A DNA stretch of 28,375 bases from a virus (Duplodnaviria > Caudoviricetes): IMG/VR virus record IMGVR_UViG_3300037991_006823, positions 1-28,375 of that record. The stretch is one strand, 5' to 3'. Shown here one piece after another: positions 1 to 8,100 of this stretch. The notes beneath the pieces are model-generated. The model made no database searches. It saw nothing but the letters and a program-made list of their open reading frames with translations, and had not been told where the DNA came from. The stretch's first letter is position 1; each line of letters begins with the position of its first letter. Made by a program: the position numbers and the translations under genes.

Positions 1-81
1 ACCTCCGTTGGATCCACCATTGCCACTCCCATTCCCATTGCCACCATTCCCAGAACCATTACCATTACCATTACCACCATT
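1..81 (-). repeat. Degenerate AAT-GGT (Asn-Gly) codon repeat tract
   Basis: The plus strand has repeated accatt/cccatt/gccatt-like units, e.g. accattaccattaccattaccaccatt at about 55-81, encoding NGGNGNGNGSGNGG. Confidence 0.8.
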
Positions 82-216
82 TTTCTTACCTCCATCATCA
101 TTATCATCTTCTTCTCTACGAAGATATCCACCAAATCCCACACGATATCCACTAGGAATTGGTTTACATTTTTTGTCGGTGTGACAGTAATAATATCCCT
201 GCTTACACTTTTTCAT
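1..216 (-). CDS. Hypothetical phage protein, N-terminal part (Cys motif followed by a Gly/Asn low-complexity tract); runs off the window edge and is not in the supplied ORF track
   Basis: Manual translation from the ATG at 216-214: MKKCKQGYYYCHTDKKCKPIPSGYRVGFGGYLRREEDDNDDGGKKNGGNGNGNGSGNGGNGNGSGNGGSNGG, 72 codons with no stop. It starts 15 nt after the gp16 stop on the same strand and is preceded by CTAAATA. Confidence 0.85.
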   Translation of the reverse strand, partial: MKKCKQGYYYCHTDKKCKPIPSGYRVGFGGYLRREEDDNDDGGKKNGGNGNGNGSGNGGNGNGSGNGGSNGG

Positions 217-231
217 CAATAAAAAAGTAAA

Positions 232-651
232 TTACTCTTTATTATTTAGAAAACCTTGCTTTAGCATTTTTTGAAGTTCTGAAGTAGAACCTACAAATAC
301 TGCGTTATTGGTGACGTTGTTTGTGGTTTTTTTAGATTCATCTTCAACATCTTTTAATTTCTTTTGTAAATCAATCAACTTGTCGGTGGTGTCCGCAACA
401 CTCTTAATTAACTGTCCAGCAACCTCATATGCTCTCGGACTGCCTCCTTCACCTGCTACCTCCATAATGCCGTTAATTGCTTCCTGACCCTTTTCTATAA
501 GGGAGTAGAGGTTAGCACGACTATAGGTATAATCTTTTTCTATATCATCTTCCTTAGATTTGACAATCTCAGGTTTTTTAATCGGTTTTGTTTCCACAAT
601 ATCACTCTCAATATTCAGAGCATTATCTATAGAATCATAATTATTATCCAT
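232..651 (-). CDS. gp16: Terminase small subunit (T4 gp16-like)
   Basis: Motifs DY.YSRANLYSLIEKGQEAI, SPRAYEVAGQLIK, NNAVFVGSTSELQKML; located directly after gp15. The track starts at TTG 660, but ATG 651 (MDNNY) is the more likely start. Confidence 0.93.
   Translation of the reverse strand: MDNNYDSIDNALNIESDIVETKPIKKPEIVKSKEDDIEKDYTYSRANLYSLIEKGQEAINGIMEVAGEGGSPRAYEVAGQLIKSVADTTDKLIDLQKKLKDVEDESKKTTNNVTNNAVFVGSTSELQKMLKQGFLNNKE
243..250 (-). promoter_or_regulatory. Candidate T4-type late promoter variant (TCTAAATA) in the 3' end of gp16
   Basis: The plus strand reads tatttaga at 243-250. It is one mismatch from TATAAATA and lies about 27 nt upstream of the ATG at 216. Confidence 0.55.
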
Positions 652-656
652 GATAA

Positions 657-1460
657 TCAAATATCCTCTTGTCTAGTGGGACTATAATCTTTAGAATCTG
701 GTAAGAAAGTCCATTCTTCAGTAAATCCAAAATCGTCATCAGGTTCTGCAGTAATTGGTTTTGGAACAGCAGTATATCTCACTTCCCTTGTCGCAGATTT
801 TGTATCTGTATTTGAAGAAATATCAACTTGAACTTTTTTGATAAGTCCATCAGAAGAATCTGCAATAGGACCAAAGAGATAGGTTTTTGCAGTAAATCTT
901 AAAGTGTAAATAAGTGCTCTTCTTGTTTGAAATGAACCCTCGTAATCATCTTGAAAATCAATACTATCTAAAACAATAGGAACATCTCTTTTTTCTCCAA
1001 TAGAACTGACAAGATCTACAGTTAAATTAAATGATGGTTGAAAATATGGAAGTATCTGCTCAATAATTTGAAGTGCATCATCATTTAACTTACTAAAAAT
1101 ATTAAGTTCAAATCCAATGTTATATGGAACTGGCATAAACACCTTCTTAAGTTTATTATCTGAGGTATCTTTTGCCTTAAATGTTTGAACTATGCCAGTT
1201 TTTCTAGTAGAGTCATATTGAATACTGGTCATTTCAAATGACATTCTTGGAAGAGTAATTGCTATTGGTTTTGATAAATCTTCTTGTTGCTCCAATTTTG
1301 CCAAGAACTTTTGCATGGGTCCATAGGAAAGACCTACTTTTGTGTCATCTAAAACACTACCATCTTTATTAAGATGTTTTATCGAAATATTATTAAATAG
1401 TGTTCCAAAACTAATAATAGTTTTTCTTATAATTTCGTGATAGTAATAAGTTCCTAACAT
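657..1460 (-). CDS. gp15: Tail sheath stabilizer / tail completion protein (T4 gp15-like)
   Basis: YYYHEIIRKTIISFGTLFN, ITLPRMSFEM, PVPYNIGFELNI, QIIEQILPYFQP, YTLRFTAKTYLFGP. The 267-aa length is close to T4 gp15, and the gene sits in the order gp13-14-15-16. Confidence 0.95.
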   Translation of the reverse strand: MLGTYYYHEIIRKTIISFGTLFNNISIKHLNKDGSVLDDTKVGLSYGPMQKFLAKLEQQEDLSKPIAITLPRMSFEMTSIQYDSTRKTGIVQTFKAKDTSDNKLKKVFMPVPYNIGFELNIFSKLNDDALQIIEQILPYFQPSFNLTVDLVSSIGEKRDVPIVLDSIDFQDDYEGSFQTRRALIYTLRFTAKTYLFGPIADSSDGLIKKVQVDISSNTDTKSATREVRYTAVPKPITAEPDDDFGFTEEWTFLPDSKDYSPTRQEDI

Positions 1461-2890
1461 TAATAATTACCAAATGGATTTGACTCTGTAAAATCTAATA
1501 TATTATCTGCTTCTATTTCAATTATTTCATTATCATCATACGAATTTTCATAACTATTTGCATCATAATCTGATATTACATATCTTGCAGATGATATTGA
1601 ACCAACAATGATTTCACCGACACTAAATGCACCATTATTTATTGCCACCCTAAGATTGTAAATTTTGGGGTTGCCAGCTGTTGCTGGAGTTATTTTATAC
1701 TCTCTTACCACGGCTGTTGTTCCTGATAATTGTCCGGTTACAGTTTCATTATAAACAAAAGTTCCAACTCCAACTGTTGAAAATCCAGCAAAAGAAACAT
1801 CTGGTGCTTGAGTATATCCAATACCCGGATTTAATATTCTAATAGAATCTATTTTCGTTTCTGCATCTACTCTTGCTATAGCAGTTGCAGTTACTCCAGT
1901 TCCAGGACCACTAATTGTAACAACAGGATTTATTGAATATCCAACACCTTTATCAGAAATTGTAATAGAAGAAACAGATTTACTCGTCGATCCTCCTATT
2001 GAACATGTGGCAGCTGCTCCAGTTCCTCCTCCACCACTAATAGTAATTACTGGTGCAGTTGTATACCCAGTTCCAGCATTTGTTAATTCTAATCTTAAAA
2101 CAGATGTAATATTTGATCTAGTCGTTGTAATAGCAACCGCAGTAGCATTTGTTCCTCCTCCTGGTGCAGATGAAATTTCAACTGTTGGAGTTGACGTATA
2201 CCCACTACCATCATTATCTAAGAATATTTGATTTATTGCTCCAGAAGAAATTTGTGCTGTTGCTACGGCTGTTGTCGATGATCCTACCAAAGTCAGAGAT
2301 GTAATATAACCTTCATCTTGAACTGTTTCATCAATTTCTTCTATGGGAGTATCAATAATTTCATTTTCATATTCATACAATTCGCATTGCAATTCGTAAA
2401 TATAAGTTTTACCTAGTTGATAAAATGGTTTTTCGTGCTCAACTCTTTTAATTTCAAATAATCTCTCACCTAAAGGAAAATATATTAAATCACCTTCTCT
2501 TGGTCTAGTTATAGTTTTATATTTTTCTCTATCCGTTAAAAAATCATTATCTATTGCTTCATTTCTTGTTGCTAAAAATTCAGAAATAAAGTCTTCAAAT
2601 CTTTCTCTAGAAATAACAAGTCTTATTTCATTTTTTAATCTCAATCCAAATTTTGTCATAATATCAGAATCTGGTGCATATCCTTCATAGTTGTCAATAT
2701 ATGCTTCTATTACAAAAGAGTCATCGAACTTGGATGATTCAATTTCTCCTAAAATATTATCAGTTCTGAATACTGCTCTTGGCAGATAAAAAACTTCTAC
2801 TCCATATATTTTTAATTGTTCATTAATTAAATCCTGAACTAAAAACTGTTCAGAAGAAGATCCTTGTAAGAAATAAGAATTTAAAGTCAT
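1460..2890 (-). CDS. gp14: Neck protein (T4 gp14-like) with inserted Gly/Thr-rich repeat domains
   Basis: EQFLVQDLINEQLKIYGVEVFYLPR, KFGLRL, RPREGDLIYFPL, FEIKRVEHEKPFYQLGK and C-terminal DFTESNPFG. The TAATG stop/start overlap couples it to gp15. Confidence 0.93.
   Translation of the reverse strand: MTLNSYFLQGSSSEQFLVQDLINEQLKIYGVEVFYLPRAVFRTDNILGEIESSKFDDSFVIEAYIDNYEGYAPDSDIMTKFGLRLKNEIRLVISRERFEDFISEFLATRNEAIDNDFLTDREKYKTITRPREGDLIYFPLGERLFEIKRVEHEKPFYQLGKTYIYELQCELYEYENEIIDTPIEEIDETVQDEGYITSLTLVGSSTTAVATAQISSGAINQIFLDNDGSGYTSTPTVEISSAPGGGTNATAVAITTTRSNITSVLRLELTNAGTGYTTAPVITISGGGGTGAAATCSIGGSTSKSVSSITISDKGVGYSINPVVTISGPGTGVTATAIARVDAETKIDSIRILNPGIGYTQAPDVSFAGFSTVGVGTFVYNETVTGQLSGTTAVVREYKITPATAGNPKIYNLRVAINNGAFSVGEIIVGSISSARYVISDYDANSYENSYDDNEIIEIEADNILDFTESNPFGNY
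1636..1643 (-). promoter_or_regulatory. Candidate late promoter (AATAAATA) inside gp14, upstream of gp15
   Basis: The plus strand reads tatttatt at 1636-1643, about 176 nt upstream of the gp15 start. Confidence 0.35.
1790..2270 (-). repeat. Four tandem ~40-aa repeats (A.A...I..i.i.n.G.GY...P.V.I) within gp14
   Basis: DNDGSGYTSTPTVEIS, TNAGTGYTTAPVITIS, SDKGVGYSINPVVTIS, LNPGIGYTQAPDVSF. Boundaries are approximate. Confidence 0.85.
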
Positions 2891-2896
2891 AATAAA

Positions 2897-3754
2897 TTAT
2901 CCTATAAAATCTAAGGGAGGAATTTCATACTCTGTAGACATTCTTTGTCTTATATCATCTAATTCTCTTTCAGCATCTTCATATAATTGTCTCCCATTTA
3001 ATTCAATACCACCTGGCAATTTTACTCCATTAAATTTAATAAGATTCTGTCCCCATTGTCTTTTTATCAAAGCAGTTAAGTATTTTTTAACAAAACTGTC
3101 ATTATATACTTGAGTAAATGAATCTGGATCTAATGCTCTGTAGCACTCTAAAACTAAGAAAGTGTCTTTAGATTGTGCTCCCCAATCTATGTCCAAATAT
3201 AACCTATCTTGTCTTTTATTAAATCTTATTTGCTTATCAGTTGTAAGTAAGAAATCAATATCTTCTAGATATGATTTGGTCATTGAATACTGTAAAAGAT
3301 TTACAGAATTAAAATAATATAAATCATTCAAAAATAACTGATATTTGATACTAAACATTCCTGCAGAAATTGAACTAGTATCAAATTTAAATACTTTTTC
3401 AACTCCAATTACGGAGTCAGGAACTTGAATAAAATTAGAATTTTCATACCAATTTGATGTTATTGCTCCTGTGGTAGTTCCTATTCCACTAATAGCAGTT
3501 GATTCTGCAGTTGTAGTTACAATACCAACTCCAGACGTACCTGTTGCTTTTCCTCTATCAATATCATCCTGAGTAATTTGATGTTTCAGATACATTTTTT
3601 CGACACCATCAAAGTGCCTTTCATTAAAATACTGAATAGCATCATCTACCAAATCATCAATTTGATCATCATCAACATTAATTTCTAATACCGGAGCACC
3701 TAATTTTCTTAGACAATAATCAACTAATCCTTTTCTACTGCTTGGTTTTGCCAT
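2897..3754 (-). CDS. gp13: Neck protein (T4 gp13-like)
   Basis: LVDYCLRKLGAPVLEINVDDDQIDD, HFDG, KKYLTALIKRQWGQNLIKF, LPGGIELNG, and C-terminal PPLDFIG. Confidence 0.95.
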   Translation of the reverse strand: MAKPSSRKGLVDYCLRKLGAPVLEINVDDDQIDDLVDDAIQYFNERHFDGVEKMYLKHQITQDDIDRGKATGTSGVGIVTTTAESTAISGIGTTTGAITSNWYENSNFIQVPDSVIGVEKVFKFDTSSISAGMFSIKYQLFLNDLYYFNSVNLLQYSMTKSYLEDIDFLLTTDKQIRFNKRQDRLYLDIDWGAQSKDTFLVLECYRALDPDSFTQVYNDSFVKKYLTALIKRQWGQNLIKFNGVKLPGGIELNGRQLYEDAERELDDIRQRMSTEYEIPPLDFIG

Positions 3755-4563
3755 CAGTATTCTCCTCCATCTATAAGTCCGGCAGTTAATGTTCCATCAA
3801 CAAAAACGTTTTGTTTAAAAGTTGCTATTCCTGAAAATGTGGCAAGATTACTTACATTTAAAGTAACTGAAGTAATTAAACCAGCAAACTTTCCATCTCT
3901 CCATCTTTGAGTGCTGATACCAATATCATATGTATTATCAGTATTTGGAACTAAATTGGATACAAATTCACCTCCAACATCGATATCATCACCAGTAGAA
4001 TCACCAATTCCAATCGTACCACCTCTGAAAACTGCGTTTCCGATGAAATTAGAACTTCCGGCAACTTCAAGATTATTACCAACAAATAAATTTCCACCAG
4101 TGGTAGTTATTCCACCTTCTGAACCTAAAGTGGAGACTCCAGTAATTATTAGTTGTTTTGCTTCAAGAGGACCATCTACTTCTAATTTTTTGGTCCAAAT
4201 ACCATTTATACCACTGAGGGTTACTCCAGTACCAACATAAACTAAATCATTATCACCATCAATAGTAACAGTCCCTGTACCAAAAGTTGCAATACCAGCA
4301 ACGTTCAAATTTTTACCAATTCCAACACCACCATCAACTACTAATGCTCCAGTTGATGGTGAAAATGATTGTGAAGTGTTATCAATAACACTTGTCATTA
4401 TGAATGTAGAGCTTGGATTATCCCAAACTAAAATTACTCCATCAATATTTCGACTATCAGTATTTACATCACTTAAATTAACTAATTTGGAAGAAGCTGC
4501 AGATTGTTGAGATAATACCTTTACAACATTTTGCGTTCCAACTCTAGCTTTTATAGTAGGCAT
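3754..4563 (-). CDS. Putative short fibre / virion decoration protein
   Basis: Fibre-like beta repeats (TGALVVDGGVGIGKNLNVAGIATF, GGNLFVGNNLEVAG), a PNTDNTYDIG...RW motif, an N-terminal LSDV...DGVILVWD motif and C-terminal IDGGEY. Stop/start overlaps occur on both sides. Confidence 0.6.
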   Translation of the reverse strand: MPTIKARVGTQNVVKVLSQQSAASSKLVNLSDVNTDSRNIDGVILVWDNPSSTFIMTSVIDNTSQSFSPSTGALVVDGGVGIGKNLNVAGIATFGTGTVTIDGDNDLVYVGTGVTLSGINGIWTKKLEVDGPLEAKQLIITGVSTLGSEGGITTTGGNLFVGNNLEVAGSSNFIGNAVFRGGTIGIGDSTGDDIDVGGEFVSNLVPNTDNTYDIGISTQRWRDGKFAGLITSVTLNVSNLATFSGIATFKQNVFVDGTLTAGLIDGGEY

Positions 4564-4901
4564 TACCTAGTTACCCCTCCTCTTACTATTGCAGAACCTT
4601 CAACAACTTTTACAATAGATGTTCCTGCTGTCAATCTTATATCATAAACATATCTACCTTCTTTTAAATTGACGGTAGTGGTTGCGGGCAATGATATAAA
4701 AATTTTCCCTGCTGTTTCGTCCAAAATAGAAATATTAAAACTGGTTTTATTTGAACTAGAATAACTTTTTCTAAGTTGTGCGATAGGATTAGAATAATTA
4801 CTAAGGTTTAATGGTTCAGTGGTGGATATATTTTCCAATTCAAATACCGCTTCAAAGTCAAACCCTTGCTCAATGGTTAAATTGGATACAAATATTGCCA
4901 T
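4563..4901 (-). CDS. Conserved small phage structural protein (possible Ig-like / BppU N-terminal-like fibre anchor)
   Basis: NLTIEQG.DF, AQLRKSYSS, GKIFISL, GRYVYDI, KVVEG. It lies directly downstream of a perfect late promoter. The fold assignment is an inference. Confidence 0.65.
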   Translation of the reverse strand: MAIFVSNLTIEQGFDFEAVFELENISTTEPLNLSNYSNPIAQLRKSYSSSNKTSFNISILDETAGKIFISLPATTTVNLKEGRYVYDIRLTAGTSIVKVVEGSAIVRGGVTR

Positions 4902-4929
4902 TATTATATTTGATTAATATACCTTTAGA

Positions 4930-4937
4930 TATTTATA
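4930..4937 (-). promoter_or_regulatory. T4-type late promoter TATAAATA (gp55 sigma)
   Basis: Exact consensus (plus strand tatttata) in the intergenic gap, 28 nt upstream of the ATG at 4901. Confidence 0.85.
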
Positions 4938-4966
4938 TCTTGAATGTTCAGAGGTAAATTTATTTT

Positions 4967-5176
4967 TTACCCCTTTACATTTAAAACTTGTTTCAACAAT
5001 AATTTTATTTCTTCAATATCCTTTTTCATATTATCTAATTCCTCTTTTTGAGATTTTTCGGATTCAATTTTTTTCAATCTTTTATTATATCCAATTGTAT
5101 CATAATTTACAATTGCTCCAGTATCCTCATCTCTGTAAAGATGAGGATGGTCTTTAACTTTGACTAGTTTCTTCAT
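4967..5176 (-). CDS. Small hypothetical phage protein with C-terminal coiled coil
   Basis: KVKDHPHLYRDEDTGAIVN followed by the heptad-like EELDNMKKDIEEIKLLLKQVL. The ATGA overlap couples it to the upstream VrlC-like gene. Confidence 0.8.
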   Translation of the reverse strand: MKKLVKVKDHPHLYRDEDTGAIVNYDTIGYNKRLKKIESEKSQKEELDNMKKDIEEIKLLLKQVLNVKG

Positions 5177-8100
5177 TTTAATGCTAAAGTTCTGAGATCT
5201 CTAATTATTGGATAATTTGCCTGACTTGTAGATGACATCACTATTTTAATTCTATATCCACTAAAATCTTCTAAGTCGTTTGCAGTAAATTCATATTCTA
5301 AATACTGATTTCTTTCACTTGCAGGGACTCTAACATCAGGTCTACCATCATTTAATGATTCATTTACAACTTTTAGGGAACCACTAGAAGTTAATTCTAA
5401 ATTATTAAATCCTGGGAAAAGTTCAAACTCTTGCTCTACTCCCACAGAGTCTTCTCTAACCAAACTATATAGAACTCTTATATCCGAAAATTCTGGTCTA
5501 TATGCTGTCAATATAACTTTAAGGGAAGATGCAGGTTGTGCAAGATTTATCACATTAGAAACATAAGATGCTTCATGAGGATCATTATTAATAGAGTTTA
5601 CTCTAGAATCATTAGCATAATCTACTATCGGACTATTAATATCATCAGAAATAAATTCTACTGTAGAATCATCCGTGAATATCATAGGAGAAAGATTTTC
5701 ATTAGTTGTATTTAAAGTTAACATAGAATTAAACGATCTTTTTCCAACAACGTTCTCAAATTGTGATTTATTTAATTCATTCACTCTAGAACAAACCATA
5801 CGAACAGAGTTCAAATCATTTATTTGATTGGGTACTACTGGTTCCAATTTATTTTCTAAAGTAAATGATAATTCACTTCCATCAATACTAGTTCCAGTTG
5901 TGGTTCTAATATTAGCACTTACAGAAGTTTGTCTTCCGGGAGATAGAATATTAAATCTCGGATTAATTCTGTTAAACATTATATTTTCTGTAGCTTTAAT
6001 ATTATTTCCTCCACCAATCAATCCAGATGTAAATGATACCTGTGGAACTGTACCACTATCATTTGACCTATTTCCTCTGGCAACTTCTACGTAGTAAGAA
6101 TCACTTTCAATTCCTATATCAGAAATATCATGAACTACATTATTAATCCTTCTTAATGAAATTCCATTAAATTCATACTTTGTAACAGCATCATCGATAA
6201 AGTGAGGAACTATTACTGTTCCATCTACACCTCTAGAGTCAATAGTTAATTTATTTGTATTAACATCATTATATGCAATAATTTCATCTCCAACTTTAAC
6301 ATATCCAATATTTCCACTATTAACCGGTTGACCTTCAAAAAATTCAAATAACGAAGAATTATTGGCAATTTCAATCTCTGAAGATGAAGAATTTAGATTT
6401 GCTGTTAAAATTTCTGATGGAACATCTGATTGAACATCTAATAATTTTAATTTATTGTTGTTAGCATACATTCCATGATTAAAATGTTGAACTTGGAAGA
6501 AATTACCGGAAAATACTCCACCTTCTTCTGCAGTTCTATTAGTTAAGTGTGTTGTTCCTAGAGATACCACAGTGGAATTTGATTCAAAATATGCTAAATC
6601 TTGTGTTCCACTGGTTCCATTAAATGCTTTTCCAGAACCAACTTCACCTTGAACATTGGTCAGATATAGTGTATCAATTCCAGGAGCCTGAGTAATAGTG
6701 ATAATTGCATTTTTACCAGTTTCATTTGCACCATTTACGATTTCTACTTGGTCACCTACTCGATATCCATTTCCTCCATCAGCAATTGCCACACTAGTAA
6801 TAGCTCCACCAGCACCAGCAGTAATATTTAAAGTTAGTCCAGAACCTCTACCAAAAATATTATTGGTAGCAACACCATTACGTGATGTATAATTTGTGCC
6901 ACCAACTGTAACATCAGGTGTACCGGTAGCAACACTACCAACATCTCTAATAATTCCGAAACTATTTCCTACAGCACCTTTAATTCTTCTACCAGGAGTT
7001 AAAATACTTACCAAAGGATGACTATTAGAAGCAATTGGAGTAATACCAAGAGTTATATTTTTTGGCAATGCTGTTATAGCATTTTCTTGTAATGTAGGAA
7101 CATATCCATTACTAGTATCAAGTGGAGGATTGGCAAAGTGTGCAATACCAGAACTTGAAGTAAATCTTGCCTTATAAAGTTTAAATTTAAGATCCGATTC
7201 TTGTGCTGGAGTCCATGTTGATCCATTTTGAGACTTGAACAAACTTCCCATTGCAAATTGTTTGGAATATCTGACTATTTCTGATTTTGGAAGATTTTTA
7301 GTTTCTATTGTACGTTGGCCCATTTTTGCTGTCCAAACTTCATATTGATCAGAGTTTGGTGCAAGTAAAACAATCGCATATTCTTGTCCTGGGGCAAGAT
7401 AAATTGGATATTCAAACGTAACTCTAGTTGCTGCTGTTGCTTTTTCTGATACAGAAATTTCGTCTGGAAGTAAAGTTTTAGGTTCTCCAAGTACATTTAA
7501 AGTTGGAATTCCCAATTCAACAGTTCTTATCTGTACAGTAAGTGGTTGATTACCTTCTGGTTTTGAACCGAAAAATAAATCCAATTCAGTTAAGAATACA
7601 CCATTATCGTCATCATTATCTCCACTAAAGTCTGGTGCTTCAATATCCTTTCCAACTGTAAAAGTTTGTGCTAAAGGATCTTCTCTTTCTGCTCTAGTAT
7701 TTGTTCTAGTTATAGTATTTGTAAGAGTGGTGGTATTAGTATTGATATTAGTAGTAGTGTTGGTAGTTACATTGGTAGTTACATTAGTAGTTACTTGCTG
7801 CGTTCTCCGGAAAGTTCCGTTTGCAGTGTAAGTTGCATCTCCGGCAGAAATAAGTGTGCTTCCAGGTAAGGGAGTTTTATTTGTAGAACTACTAGTCAAT
7901 CTATAAGTTTTCTTACCAGTAAGAATTCTGGGATTTGGTGCTGGATTTGTATGTGGATTTTTAATAAAGAAAGATCCAAATACCGTTCCATTAACATCAG
8001 CTACTAATCTGAGATTTTTCACAAATGCAACCGCACCACTAGATTGTCCAACTATTTTTGAACCTTTTTCAACATATCCATTAAAATTACCTTGTGCTTC

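Noticed and set aside
217-231. U-rich run after the gp16 stop as an intrinsic terminator
   Set aside because: There is no GC-rich hairpin before it, and the next ORF starts immediately.
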